Both the position numbers and the translations under genes were made by a program. DNA of 64,000 bases from Mobula hypostoma (lineage: Eukaryota), in assembly GCF_963921235.1 (NCBI RefSeq), contig NC_086108.1, positions 20,212,001-20,276,000 on the forward strand, written 5' to 3'. The notes below the pieces were generated by a model. It ran no database searches, was not told the DNA's origin, and saw only the letters and a list, made by a program, of their open reading frames with translations. How positions within the stretch are numbered: the stretch's first letter is position 1; every line of letters starts with the position of its first letter. Below are positions 1 to 11,791 of this stretch, piece by piece.

Positions 1-399
1 AACCTTTGAAAGTAACAGGAAATGTTGAGAGCCCTGGGCTTCATAAATTGAGACAAAATAAAAGAGAAGAAGAGTCATGCTGAATCTTTAGAGCCCTCAA
101 CTAACCATGCTATGGAGAGATTTACTGAAGTGCTCCAGGTTTGAGAAATCTCCGCTACAAGATTAAGATGGATAAGCCTGGGAATAAAAATGACTGAGAG
201 AAGAATTGTTGGAAGAATACGCAATCATGATAGATTTAGATGAGGTAACAGAAATACTTCAATGACATCAATACAAGTACATGCATTTAAGGATTTAGGA
301 CAATTAGACAAGAGAGTTCAGGCACGTGACGGCTGAAATAATACCAGTGGCAGTAAGATAGGGAAGATACTCCTGGAGAAATATTGCAAAGAACAGACA

Positions 400-535
400 G
401 ACAAAGCAACACACTCAAAATGCTGGAGGAACTCAGCAGGTCAGGCAGCATCTATGGAATTGAATACAGTTGATGATTCGGGCGAGACCCTTCTTCAGGA
501 CTGGAAAGGAAGTGGAAAGACGCCAGAAGAATGGA
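400..535 (-). mobile_element. Penelope-like element terminal repeat (pLTR) fragment
   Basis: Motif 'aaaatgctggaggaactcagcaggtcaggcagcatc' also occurs at 5845, 16682 and 45800; at 5805-6540 it is attached to a GIY-YIG coding relic. Contains a decayed hammerhead-like core at 467-503. Confidence 0.7.
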
Positions 536-3266
536 TAGACCATAAGACAAAGGAGCAGAATTCGGCCATTCGGCCCATCGAGTATGCTCCGCCATTTTAT
601 CATGAGCTGATCCATTCTTCCGTTTAGTCCCACTCCCCTGCCTTCTCACCATAACCTTTGATGCCTGGCTACTCAGATACCTATCAATCTCTGCCTTAAA
701 TACACCCAATGACTTGGCCTCCACTGCTGCCCGTGGTAACAAATTCCACAGATTCACCACCCTCTGACTAAAAAAATTTCTTCGCATTTCTGTTCTGAAG
801 GGGGCGCCCTTCAGTCCTTAAGTCATGCCCCCTCGTACTAGACTCCTCCATCATGGGAAACAACTTTGCCAATATCCACTCTGTCCATGCCTTTCAACAT
901 TCGAAATGTTTCTATGAGGTCTCCCCTCATTCTTCTAAACTCCAAGGAATACAGTCCAAGAGCGGACAAATGTTCCTCCTATGTTAACCCTCTCATTCCT
1001 GGAATCATTCTAGTGAATCTTCTCTGTACCCTCTCCAACGTCAGCACATCCTTTCTTAAACAAGGAGACCAAAACTGCCCACAGTACTCCGTGAGGTCTC
1101 ACCAGTGCCTTATGGAGCCTCAACATCACATCCTTGCTCCTACACTCTATTCCTCTAGAAATGAATGCCAACATTGCATTTGCCTTCTTCACTACTGACT
1201 CAACCTGGAGGTTAACTTTAAGGGTATCCTGTACAAGAACTCCCAAGTCCCGTTGCATCTCAGAACTTTGAATTCTTTCCCCATTTAAATAATAGTCTGC
1301 CCGTTTGTTTTTTCTGCCAAAGTGCATAACCATACACTTTCCAACATTGTACTTCATTTGCCACTTCTCTGCCCATTCTTCCAATCTATCCAAGTCTCTC
1401 TGCAGACTTTCCGTTTCCTCAGCACTACCAGCCCCTCCACCTATCTTCGTATCATCAGCAAACTTAGCCACAAAGCCATCTATTCCATATTCCAAATAGT
1501 TGATGTACAATGTAAAAAGAAGCAGTCCCAACACGGACCCCTGTGGAACACCACTGGTAACCGGCTGCCAACCAGAATAGGATCCCTTTATTCCCACTCT
1601 CTGTTTCCTGCCAATCAGCCAATGCTCTATCCACGTATGTAACTTTCCCGTAATTCCATGGGCTCTTATCTTGTTAAGTAGCCTCATGTGTGGTACCTTG
1701 TCAAAGGCCTTCTGAAAATCCAAGTATACAACATCCACTGCATCTCCCTTGTCTAGCCTACTGGTAATTTCCTCAAAAAATTGTAATAGGTTTGTCAGGC
1801 AGGATTTTCCTTTAAGGAATCCATGCTGAGTTCTGCCTATCTTGTCATATGCCTCCAGGTACTCTGTAACCTCATCCATGACAATCGACTCCAAAAACTT
1901 CCCAACCACCGAAGTCAAGCTAACAGGTCTATAATTTCCTTTTTGCTTCCTTGCCCCCTTCTTAATTGCGGAGTGACATTTGCAATCTTCCAGTCCTCCG
2001 GAACCATGCCAGAATCTATCGACTTTTGAAAGATCATCGCTAATGCCGCCGCAATCTCCACAGCTACTTCCTTCAGAACACGTAGGTGCATTCCATCTGG
2101 TCCAGGAGATTTATCTACCTTTAGCCTATTCAGCTTCTTGAGCACTTTCTCTGTCGTAATTGTGACCGCGCACACTTCTCTTCCCCGCCACCCCTGAGTG
2201 TCCGGTATACTGCTGATGTCTTCCTCAGTGAAGACTGATGCAAAATACTTGTTCAGTTCCTCTGCCATCTCCTTAGCTCCCATTACAATTTCTCCAGCAT
2301 CATTTTCTATCGGTCCTATATCTACTCTCACCTGTCTTTTACTCTTTATATACTTGAAAAAGCTTTTAGTATCCTCTTCGATATTATTTGCTAGCTTCCT
2401 TTCATAGTTAATCTTTTCCCTCTTAATGACCTTCTTGGTTTCCTTTTGTAAGGTTTTAAAAACTTCCCAATCCTCTGTCTTCCCACTAATTTTTGCTTCC
2501 TTGTATGCCCTCACCTTTGCTTTAACTTTGGCTTTGACTTCTCTTGTCAACCACGGGTTGCATCCTTGTTCCATTCGAAAATTTCTTCTTTTTTGGAATA
2601 TATCTGTCTTGCACCTTCCTCACTTCTCGCATAAACTCCAGCCACTGCTGCTCTGCTGTCTTTCCCGCCAGTGTCCCTTTCCAGTCAACTTTGGCCAGTT
2701 CCTCTCTTATGCCACTGTAATTTCCTTTACTCCACTGAAATACCGACACCATCAGATTTCAGCTTCTCTTTTTCAAATTTCACAGTGAACTCAATCATGT
2801 TATGATCACTGCCTCCCAAGGGTTCCTTCACCTCAATCTCTCTAATCACCTCCAGTTCATTACACAATACCCAATCCAGTACAGCCGATCCCCTAGTGGG
2901 CTCAACAACAAGCTGTTCTAAAAAGCCATCTCGCAGACATTCTACAAATTCTCTCTCCTGAGATCCAGTGCCGACCTGATTTTCCCAATCCACTCGCATG
3001 TTAAAATCCCCCACAATTATCATAACACTGCCCTTCTGACAAGCCTTTTCTAATTCCAGTTGTAATTGGTAGTCCACATCCCTGCAGCTGTTTGGAGGCC
3101 TATAAATAATTGCCATCAGGGTCCTTTTACCCCTGCTATTTCTTAGCTCAACTCATAAAGATTCTGCACCTTCTAATCCCATATCACCTCTTTCTAATGA
3201 TTTAATATCATTTCTTACCAATAAAGCCATGCCTCCCCCTCCGCCTACCTTCCTATCCTTCCGATA
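536..3266 (-). mobile_element. CR1 LINE, 5'-truncated, frameshifted ORF2 (endonuclease + reverse transcriptase)
   Basis: ORFs 2727-3116 (YRPPN, GDFN, SDHN), 1915-2574 (KSPGPDG), 1010-1918 (QHGF, LDFQKAFDKVPH, GVPQGSVLG, KFADDTK) and 452-787. 3' tail is tcttatggtcta on the minus strand. Confidence 0.95.
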
Positions 3267-4596
3267 TTAAGCAGGCTAATTGGTAGCAGGTGAGGTATCA
3301 TGACTGGGTATAAAAGTAGCGTCCATCAAAGGCTCAGTCTTTGCAAGCAAGGATGGGTTGTGGCTCACCCCTTCCTGCCAAAATTCGTGAGAGAATTGTT
3401 AGTCAGTTCAAAAGGAACATTTCTCAACGCAAGATTGCAGAGGATTTAGGTCTTTCAACATCTACAGTACACAATATTGTGAAAAGATTCAGAGAATTCA
3501 GAGACATCTCAGTGTGTAAAGGGCAAGGTCGGAAACCACTGTTGAATGCACGTGATCTTCGAGCCCTCAGGCAGCACTGCCTAAGAAACTGTCATGCTAC
3601 TGTGACAATGATAGCCACCTGGGCTCGGGAGTACTTCGGAAAACCATTGTCACTCAACACAGTCCGTTGCTGCATCCAGAAATGCAACTTGAAACTGTAT
3701 TACGCAAGGAGGAAGCCATACATCAACTCTATGCAGAAACGCTGGTGAGTTCTCTGGGCCCGAGCTCATTTCAGATGGACCGAAAGACGGTGGAACCGTG
3801 TGCTGTGGTCAGATGAGTCCACATTTCAGCTAGTTTTCAGAAAAAACGGGCGTCAAGTTCTCCGTGCCAAAGATGAAAACGACCATCCAGATTGTTATCA
3901 GCGAAAGGTGCAAAAGCCAGCATCTGTGATGGTATGGGGTGCATCAGTGCCCACGTCATGGGTGAGTTGCATGTATGTGAAGGTACCATTGACTCTGAGG
4001 CGTATATTAGGATTTTAGAGAGACATATGTTGCCATCAAGGCGACGTCTCTTCCCAGGACGTCCATGCTTATTTCAGCAGGACAATGTCAGATCACATTC
4101 TGCACGGGCTACAACAGCGTGGCTTTGTAGACACAGAGTGCGTGTGCTTGACTGGCCTGCTGCCAGTCCAGATCTATCTCCTATTGAAAATGTATGGCGC
4201 ATCATGAAGAGGAGAATCAGACAACGGAGACCACGGACTGTGGAGCAGCTGAAGTCTTATATCAAGCAAGAATGGACAAAATTTCCAATTGCAAATCTAC
4301 TACAATTAGTATCCTCAGTTCCAAAACGATTAAAAAGTGTTATTAAAAGGAAAGGTGATGTAACACAATGGTAAACATGCCTCTGTCCCAACTTTTGTTG
4401 AGTGTGTTGCAGCCATCAAATTCTAAATTGGTGTATGTTTACAAAATACAATTAAGTTGGTCAGTAAAACTATTGAAAATCTTTTCTTTGTACTTTTGTC
4501 AGTTAAATAAAGGTTCACGTGAATTAACCTATCACAGATTTTTGTTTTTATTGCATTTTGGAAAATATCCCAACTTTTCTGGAAATGGGGTTTGTA
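3267..4596 (+). mobile_element. Tc1-family DNA transposon, left end deleted
   Basis: Transposase 3353-4374. Right end reads cccaacttttctggaaatggggtttg followed by TA (4595-4596). No matching left TIR; the left side abuts CR1 sequence. Confidence 0.9.
3353..4374 (+). pseudogene. Tc1 DD34E transposase with one premature stop and one frameshift
   Basis: N-terminal HTH region and GRKP motif, then VLWSDES, VMVWG, FQQDN-x-SPDLSPIENVW with 34 residues between D and E. TGA at 3746-3748, frameshift near 3935. Confidence 0.92.
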
Positions 4597-4604
4597 ATTT
4601 GCTA

Positions 4605-4941
4605 CAGGCAGTCCTCAGGTTAGAACAGGGTTCAGTTCGTAACTGAGATATTAACAAGTTGGCGTGTGCGAGACTATCACAGAAACAACTGTGACGGAGC
4701 AAGCAGGGACAGGAAGAGCAGCTACTAGACAGCTTACTCACTCAGTGAGTGAGCAAATGAGTATGCACAGTGCTCTTAGCTCTACCTTGCTCAACCAAGT
4801 CACCAATTAGTGGGGAAAAGAAGACATCTGGAAATGCCCCATGGCAACTGCAGCTGGTGAATCCATCCTATCAGTCTTCCTAATACTTGTTTTATGTGCG
4901 AGCTGTCCCTAAGGTGGGCACTCATAACCTCGAGAGACTTG
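4605..4941. mobile_element. Tigger/pogo-like MITE
   Basis: Imperfect TIRs caggcagtcctcaggtta / taacctcgagagacttg, each flanked by TA. Confidence 0.55.
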
Positions 4942-5270
4942 TAGTTACCCCTGAAGGCAAATAAATGATTAATTTTCACCTCTGCTTCATTAGAAATAAA
5001 TACTACTTACAAATAAATTACTACATCTAGCTCTGGTCTGAAGGACACAGGCTATCAGCAAACACGGTATCAATGGAAAGATGATTTTTATTATATTTCA
5101 GCAATGTTAAGAGAATAAACATGGGACACTTGGGCTTTTGTTTTTTGAATAAGAGAGCCTAGGGGATATTCTAAAAGAAATAACAAGATAGTTTCTAAAC
5201 GAAGCTTCAAGGGAACTTAAGCCCTTGGAGGTAATGGAAACACTTTCAAGTTAATTATTTCAGAAAAAGG

Positions 5271-5531
5271 AAAGGAAAGATACATCGCATCTGGAGTTCC
5301 TCCGGTTAGCGGATGATTTACCTCTACGCCTCTCTGACGTAGTGGGGAACTGTGCACAAGACAAATTACAGCAGTGGTTTGCCATTGCCTTCTGCCGGGT
5401 GAGTTTCCAAAGAGATCACCAGCTCATAACCCAGCACGGATGGAAAGTGTGCAGGGGAGCCGGCTGGATTCGAACTCAGGACCTTACGTCCCGCAGTCTG
5501 ACGCTGATGCCACTATGCCACCAGCTGGGTC
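5271..5531 (-). mobile_element. tRNA-derived SINE with RTE-like body
   Basis: Minus-strand head has box A (tggcatagtgg) and box B (gagttcgaatcc). Body contains gaaggcaatggcaaaccac. TSD atttcagaaaa(a)gg at 5257-5270 and 5532-5544. Confidence 0.75.
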
Positions 5532-5804
5532 ATTTCAGAAAAGGTGAGTGCAAAAAGCTACCAAGAAATAAGTGGATTTTCAAGCATAAGCCTTTCGAAA
5601 GGAAATTTCTGATCCTTATTGTTTTAAAACACCTTGAGCAAAGAGAAATATTCCAAGGCAAGTCACATGACATTTACCACACTACAATCTGACATTGAGG
5701 CATAAAGACATCGATGGCCTAAAGCTTGGTTAAGAGGTATTTTTTTCTTGAGGGTCTTAAAACGGGAGAGAGAATTAGAAGGTTCTAAAGGGAATAAAAA
5801 CAAG

Positions 5805-6540
5805 AGATTCTTCAGATGCTGGAAATCCAGAGCAACACACACACAAAATGCTGGAGGAACACAGCAGGTCAGGCAGCATCCATGGAGGGAACAAACAATC
5901 ACGTTTTGGGCCAAGACCCTTGATTAGGACGGAGAAGGAAGGAAAGCCAGAATAACACAGTGGAGGAAGAGGAAGAGGAAGATGTACAAGCTGGCAGGTG
6001 TTTGGTAAAGCCAGGTGAGGGGGAAGGTGGGTGGATGGGGGAGGGGGGGTGATGAAAAGCTGGATGGTGATAAATGGAAGAGATAATGGGCCGAAGAAGA
6101 AATCTGATAGAAGAGGACAGTGAACCACGGGAGAAAGGGAAGGTGGAGGGGCACCAGAGGGAGGTGATAGTCAGAGGAAGAGAAGGGGTAAGAGGGAAAC
6201 CAGAATGGGGAATGGAAAAAGAGATGAGGGAGGGGGTAGAAATTACAGGAAGCTAGAGAAATCCGTGTTCATGCCATCCAGTTGGAGGCTACCCAGACAG
6301 CATGAGGTGTTGCTTTTCCAGTCTTAGTATGGCCTCATCATGGCAGTGGACAGACATATTGTAATGGGAGTGGGTGGCCACTGGGAAATCCTACATGTGT
6401 GGCAGACGTAGGGAGGCTGCTCAATGAAACAGTCTCTCAATGTACATCAGGTCTCACCAATGTAGAGGACGTTGCACCAGCAGCACCTGATACAACAGAT
6501 GACCCTGACAGACTCACAAGGTGAAGTGTCGCCTCACCTC
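5805..6540 (-). mobile_element. Penelope-like retroelement 3' relic (GIY-YIG endonuclease + pLTR)
   Basis: Minus strand near 6450-6540 encodes ...VICCIRC..C..LYIGET, followed by a pyrimidine-rich tract and the pLTR motif. Confidence 0.8.
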
Positions 6541-7599
6541 TTACACCAAGCTTTAGGTCACCTATGCTTCTGTGTTTCAATGTCACATTGTTAAAGGGAA
6601 TTTCATTACTTAGGGCACAAGCTGCTGAAAACATTGTTAATTGTGATCTGATTAAAAAAAATCAGGAAGGAACAAAAGAATGGTAAGATCGTAACAAATT
6701 GTAGGACTGGAGGGGTTACAGAGGCAAGACAATAGAAAAACTTGAAAATTACGATGAACATGTTAAAATCAAAATATGTCTGAAGAGAAGCAATGGACAT
6801 TACTGAGAATACGGGGAGAATGCAGAACAGCATTCTCTGTGTTCTCAGCAATGCTGAAGAGCTCCGGGTACCAACATTTATACCAAACGGAAAACTAGCA
6901 ACAAACATAATCTGAAAAAGGCATCTTACAGTACCAAATGCATAACTAAGCCCATCATAGCACACTAATTGAAGTAGGAGGTACAGATGTTGCAAAAGTG
7001 ATAGTAGGCTCTCTTGGTGACATATAGGTATCCGGCCAAAAAACAGGTGGATACTAAAAGGGGTATTGGGAATGTTTTACACTCACTCTTGATGGGTAGA
7101 TATGTGAATTAATTAAATTGAGCAAAGTAGTCTTCATAAACTGTACTCATTTTATTGGCACAAGCTGAAGGGGAGCTCAGAGGTCTTTTTAAAACAAGCA
7201 TTTAACTGATGCAGTAATACTACCCAGTAGTATATCCATGGACACATTAAAATCTTGCATTTTTATTGCACTTCAGCCGGAATAAAACATCTCACTGTAT
7301 TAACATTATGCCAAGGAAAACACTTGAACTGCTACAGTGATAGGTTTTAAGACGTCTTTTATAGCAGAGTTGCAGATGTTTAAGGGAATTCCAGAACTTA
7401 CAGGCTTTCTAGATGGAATGGCTAAACAAAGTGGAGGATTAACATATGGCAACAAGCAGAAGAAGAGTTAGACACCAAATTTTGGACAGAGTTTAAAGGC
7501 AATGTCCTTCAAAATGTTTAATTGGAGACAATTCTGATTCATCCAGGGTATCACACAAGAAGTATGAAAAGCAAAACAGTGGATAATTGAAGCAGAGGA

Positions 7600-7872
7600 G
7601 GGTGGCACAGTAACATAATGGTTAGCACAACACTTTGCAGTAGAGGCGACCTGGGTTCAATTCCCTCCACTGACTGTAAGGAGTTTGTATGTTTCTTCAT
7701 GTGACTGCGTGGGTTTTCTACCATAGACCAAAGATGTTATGGTTGGTAGATTAATTGGTCATTGTAAATTGTCCCCTGATTAGGCTAGGATTAGATCAAA
7801 GGATTGCTGGGCAACGTGGTTCAAAGGGCAGGAAGGACCTATCGACATTGTATCTCAATAAAATAAAAAATA
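7600..7872 (+). mobile_element. V-SINE (HE1-like), tRNA-derived
   Basis: tRNA-like head (ggtggcacagt...ggttagc...gggttcaattcc), V-domain (ttaattggtcattgtaaattgtccc), A-rich tail. Confidence 0.75.
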
Positions 7873-8703
7873 ATGGGACTCTTGACGTGCATTCAGGCGA
7901 TGTCATAGACAGATGCTTGGAGTCTTCAGAATAAATACTTTCAATATTGAACAAGAAGTCATTGCAAGAATTTTTTCTTGGCTATGGCTGGATGAATGAG
8001 ACTGAAACCAGTTGAAGGTTAATAATGGAGGAAGAGATATGGTCAACATTGTGAAAGTCTATGATTAATCAGGCGTTGATGGGCGAGGAGGGATACAATT
8101 AGGTGTTGAAGAGTAAGGAGGGATACTGCACCAGAGACAGAGGATAGTTATGATTTCAATTTCTCTTCAAACTTATGATTGATTATGACTGTATCAATGA
8201 TGTGGCAGGAGTGGGAACATGACCAGGGAGGATCAGACTCATGTTAGAGCAAAGATGGGTATGGAGTACAGACAAAGACAGGACATAACAAGAGGATCAA
8301 AGAGCGAAGAGTTAATTTGCAATGATAAGGGCAGGTGTTAATGATGAGTTACTAGATGATGATAATACCAAATGTTGAATAAAGGTATTGATCAGCCTGA
8401 AAAGAGGAAACTATTTGTTTTATTAGTTAATGTAAAGGTCATGAAATAATTTGGGTGGACAACAGAGATAACACTAAGTCATGCCAACATTTGGAGAAGA
8501 TAAGAATGAAGGAAATACAAGAGAAATTAGGAGAAAAACAAGTTCAGATCTACAGTATGGTTAAATGGTTAAAAACAAGATTTTTGGTAGTGGTTGGCAG
8601 CAGGCACTTTATGAAAGAAGAGAAGAGAGAAATTGCCTTTAAACTCACGAGAGAGCATAGGCCATCAACTTTTTGCTGTTGATGTTTCTGTAGCAGGCAA
8701 TTT

Positions 8704-8844
8704 CTTTTTTATGAGGTCGAGTTGCTAGCTCGACGCTCAACCCAGCACGGATGAAAAGTGTGCCAGGGGAGCCGGCTGGATTTGAACTCAGGAGCCTTCG
8801 CTCTGAAGTCCAGCGCTGATGCCACTATGCTACCAGCTGGCTCA
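8704..8844 (-). mobile_element. Short tRNA-derived SINE
   Basis: Same head as 5430-5531, then an A-rich tail. TSD caggcaattt / caggcacttt. Confidence 0.7.
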
Positions 8845-9483
8845 ACAGGCACTTTATGACCCAGGACAATTCTCAGAGATTTGATTTGACACAAACAGCA
8901 CATTTTGCAGTCTGTTTCAACGTACATGTGACAAATAAAGCTAATCTTTATCTCTTTTTTTGGGTGAAGAATGGATTCATTTAACTACAACAAGTAGGTA
9001 CCGCAGGAGCAGAAGGCAAACCAGGCTAAGGGAGGAAGACATTTTAAAGAAACAAAATTGAAGAAATTAGTTTCAGGCGATTGAGCTTGGTGAGAAGGTC
9101 AGCAATATACTTACACCCAATTTTTCCCATTCCTACTATTGCCTTCATGTGAAAAGTACGCAGACATTACTTCTAAGTTTGCTGAAAAAAAGATTATGCC
9201 CCTACAAGGCTGCTAATATAAATCTGAATTTAATAATTTTATTGTGTAATGTCAATTACTTACCAGGGATAGAGGTGGGAAAAGGATATGGGAGAAGGGG
9301 ATGGAAGATGAAAGGAAGAACAATTACTGAGTAGCCAATTTCTTATATTCTCAGTTATGTGTGTGTTTGTGCTCTCTTGACTTTCATTAAGTGCTACTTT
9401 AGGCAATGTAGGCATTGTTATTCCATTATGAGAAATAAGGATCAGTATGCAAGAAAAAAAATTAACAAGTTAACATGGCATAC

Positions 9484-9655
9484 CTGGCTAGTTTTCCTTC
9501 TCGATAGGTCCTGCCCCACGGATGTCTGTGTTTTTGCATCGGCCAGATGTCAGGTAGCCATAGTGTGACAGATCCTTCCATTATATGCCCATCTGCACAT
9601 GCGGGTTCAGATTCCCTGCAGTAGTAGCATTTTCCATAGAAGCAACTATTGTTCC
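9484..9655 (-). CDS. FAM20B: FAM20B coding exon 4 of 4 in window (172 nt)
   Basis: Translates (G)[56 protein letters not shown](R). Acceptor tttaag|, donor |gtatgc. Frame continues from the previous exon. Confidence 0.97.
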
Positions 9656-10059
9656 CTTAAACAGTATAGTAAGTCATTAAGGCGTATACAGAAAAAGTGT
9701 AATTTTAATGGAAATCAGAATTATTCACAGCATTAAGTGAAAACTTTCAAAATAAAATCCAATTATCTGTGTAGAAATTTCTCATCTTCTCTCTCACTGT
9801 TTGATTCCTTATCCTGAAACTACACTTCATGATAAACAAAGTGCAGTAATAAAATAGTACAATCATTGTTACAGTAAAAAAAAACAATTCCTTTCAGATC
9901 CAGAAAGACATGCCTAAATAGTGTCCTAACCTGGTGGATAACAGTGGATAGAAAAGGGATGAACAAACTGTGTTTAACAGTGTCAAATGGTGAGATGGAT
10001 AAGAAAAGATAGATAATCTTTCTCATTTTCACAAATATGGAAAGATTTTCACAAACGGT

Positions 10060-10808
10060 GTACAGGAGTCAGACAGATCAATTGGTTGAGTGGTGTCACA
10101 CCAACAAGCTTGCAATCAACATCAGTAAGAACTGAGAATTGACTGTGGATTTCAGGAAGGGGAAGTCGAGGAACGCACACCTGCCCTCATCAAAGGGTCA
10201 GCAGTGGAAAGAGTGAGCAGTTTCAAATTAACATCTCTAACGATCTATTCTGGGACTAACATACTGATGGAACTATAAAGAAGGCATGCCAGCGGCTATA
10301 CTTCATCATGAGTTTGAGGAAATTTGGTACCGTGGAGAGCATTCTAACTGGTAACATCACCATCTGGCATGGGGCCAATGCACAGGGCTGGAAAAGCTGC
10401 AGAGGGTGGTAAAGTAAGTCAGCTCCATCGTGGGCACTAGTTTCCCCACCATTGAGGATATCTCCAAAAAGTGATGCTTCAAGAAGGCTGCATCCATTAT
10501 TAAGACTCCCACCACCCAGGACATGCTCTCTTCTCATTAGGACCAACAGAAGGTACGAGCCTGAAGACACACACACAACATTTTAGGAACAGCTTCTTCC
10601 TCTCCACCATCAGATTTTGGAATGGACGAAGAACCCATGAGCACTACCTCACTATTATTGCTCTCGTTTTGCACTAAATGTTTAATTTAATGTTTTACAT
10701 ATATTTCTTAATGTAATTTATAGTATTTTTATGTATTGCACTGTACTGTTGCCATAAAACAACAAATTAAACAACATATGCTAGTGATAATAAACCTGAT
10801 TCTGATTC
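10060..10808 (+). mobile_element. Rex1/Babar-type LINE 3' fragment
   Basis: Degenerate ...LVEWCHTNKLAINISK...DFRK...VERVSSFK... and a 3' end aataaacctgattctgattc. Confidence 0.7.
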
Positions 10809-11461
10809 AAATATCATTTAACAATTTTGATCAAAGCTGTGGCATAAGTAAAAACTGACTGGAGGAATTTAGACAAGGTTATCTGGTAAGATGGGCAAAA
10901 AAAAACACAAATCAGGAAATTGCAAGAAGGACTTTGAGAGGAAAGAGTTGATGGAGCAATTTGCATTGATGTAGGGGCAGTACATTTTTGTTTGAAATGG
11001 AAAAGGATAATTAAAGCAGATTTGAAGGATAGATGGATTGTAGAGAGAATAATTAACCATGCCAATTAACAAGGAAGCAAGGTGGTGAACGGAGGAGTTG
11101 GAATAGGGTTGAGGAATTAGAAGATGGGTGTCACAGAACATATTAGTTCAGAAACAGGAAGAGAAAAATGGAACAACAAGACAAAGATTAAAGTTGAGGC
11201 TTGGAGCCAAAACCATCCAAGTTAATTTGTTCTGATGGATAATTTTCTGAAAGTGGAAGGCAGGGGCACTGATATTCCTTGATTTCAAAACAGGCCCACT
11301 ATCCTTATAGCTTAATAATCTTGCCTGATTCAGAACTTAATTTGTGCAGGACAAATGTCTACCCTATCCTTGGGCAATTTCCTAATCATTTCAGCCCAAT
11401 CTTTGTACTACAGAACTAAGAAAATATTTAATGTTACCTTGAATTAAATAGTGGTTCTTAC

Positions 11462-11571
11462 CTACTGTAAGGAAGGTGCTCAGAAGCTGCTCAGATGCAA
11501 CTGGTTTTATCTCTGTATTTAGACTTACGTATCTCCCAACAACTACTGGAGCACGCCGCAATCCTAAAATC
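11462..11571 (-). CDS. FAM20B: FAM20B coding exon 3 of 4 in window (110 nt)
   Basis: Translates (R)[36 protein letters not shown](G). Acceptor ttcccccacag|, donor |gtaaga. Confidence 0.97.
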
Positions 11572-11791
11572 CTGTGGGGGAAGAAAACAGCATCAGAATG
11601 GTTATCCCAAATGTAAAACTTCCATTCAAGGCTAGACCATTAAAATAACTGAATTATTGTGAAATTGCTATCATGGCTGGGAGGAGGAATCAGTTAACAA
11701 AAATATCTGCACTAGGCAAGTAAGCACATTTGTCAGTCAGTTATATTTCACCAGCTCTAGCTTTAGTCAGGTTGACATGGATCTAGTTATA

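Noticed and set aside
5440..5531. tRNA gene candidates here, at 8765-8844 and at 7600-7670
   Set aside because: A and B boxes are present but they are SINE heads with attached bodies and tails; no complete cloverleaf.
6560..8640. Possible ancient L2 LINE remnants on the minus strand
   Set aside because: Purine-rich with only a faint F-x-x-VDH-like hint near 8040-8060; too decayed to support.
1..9483. Next FAM20B exon (expected WEYD...IGNADRHHYE...DNAK)
   Set aside because: Not found by eye. It probably lies left of the window; a TBLASTN would settle this.
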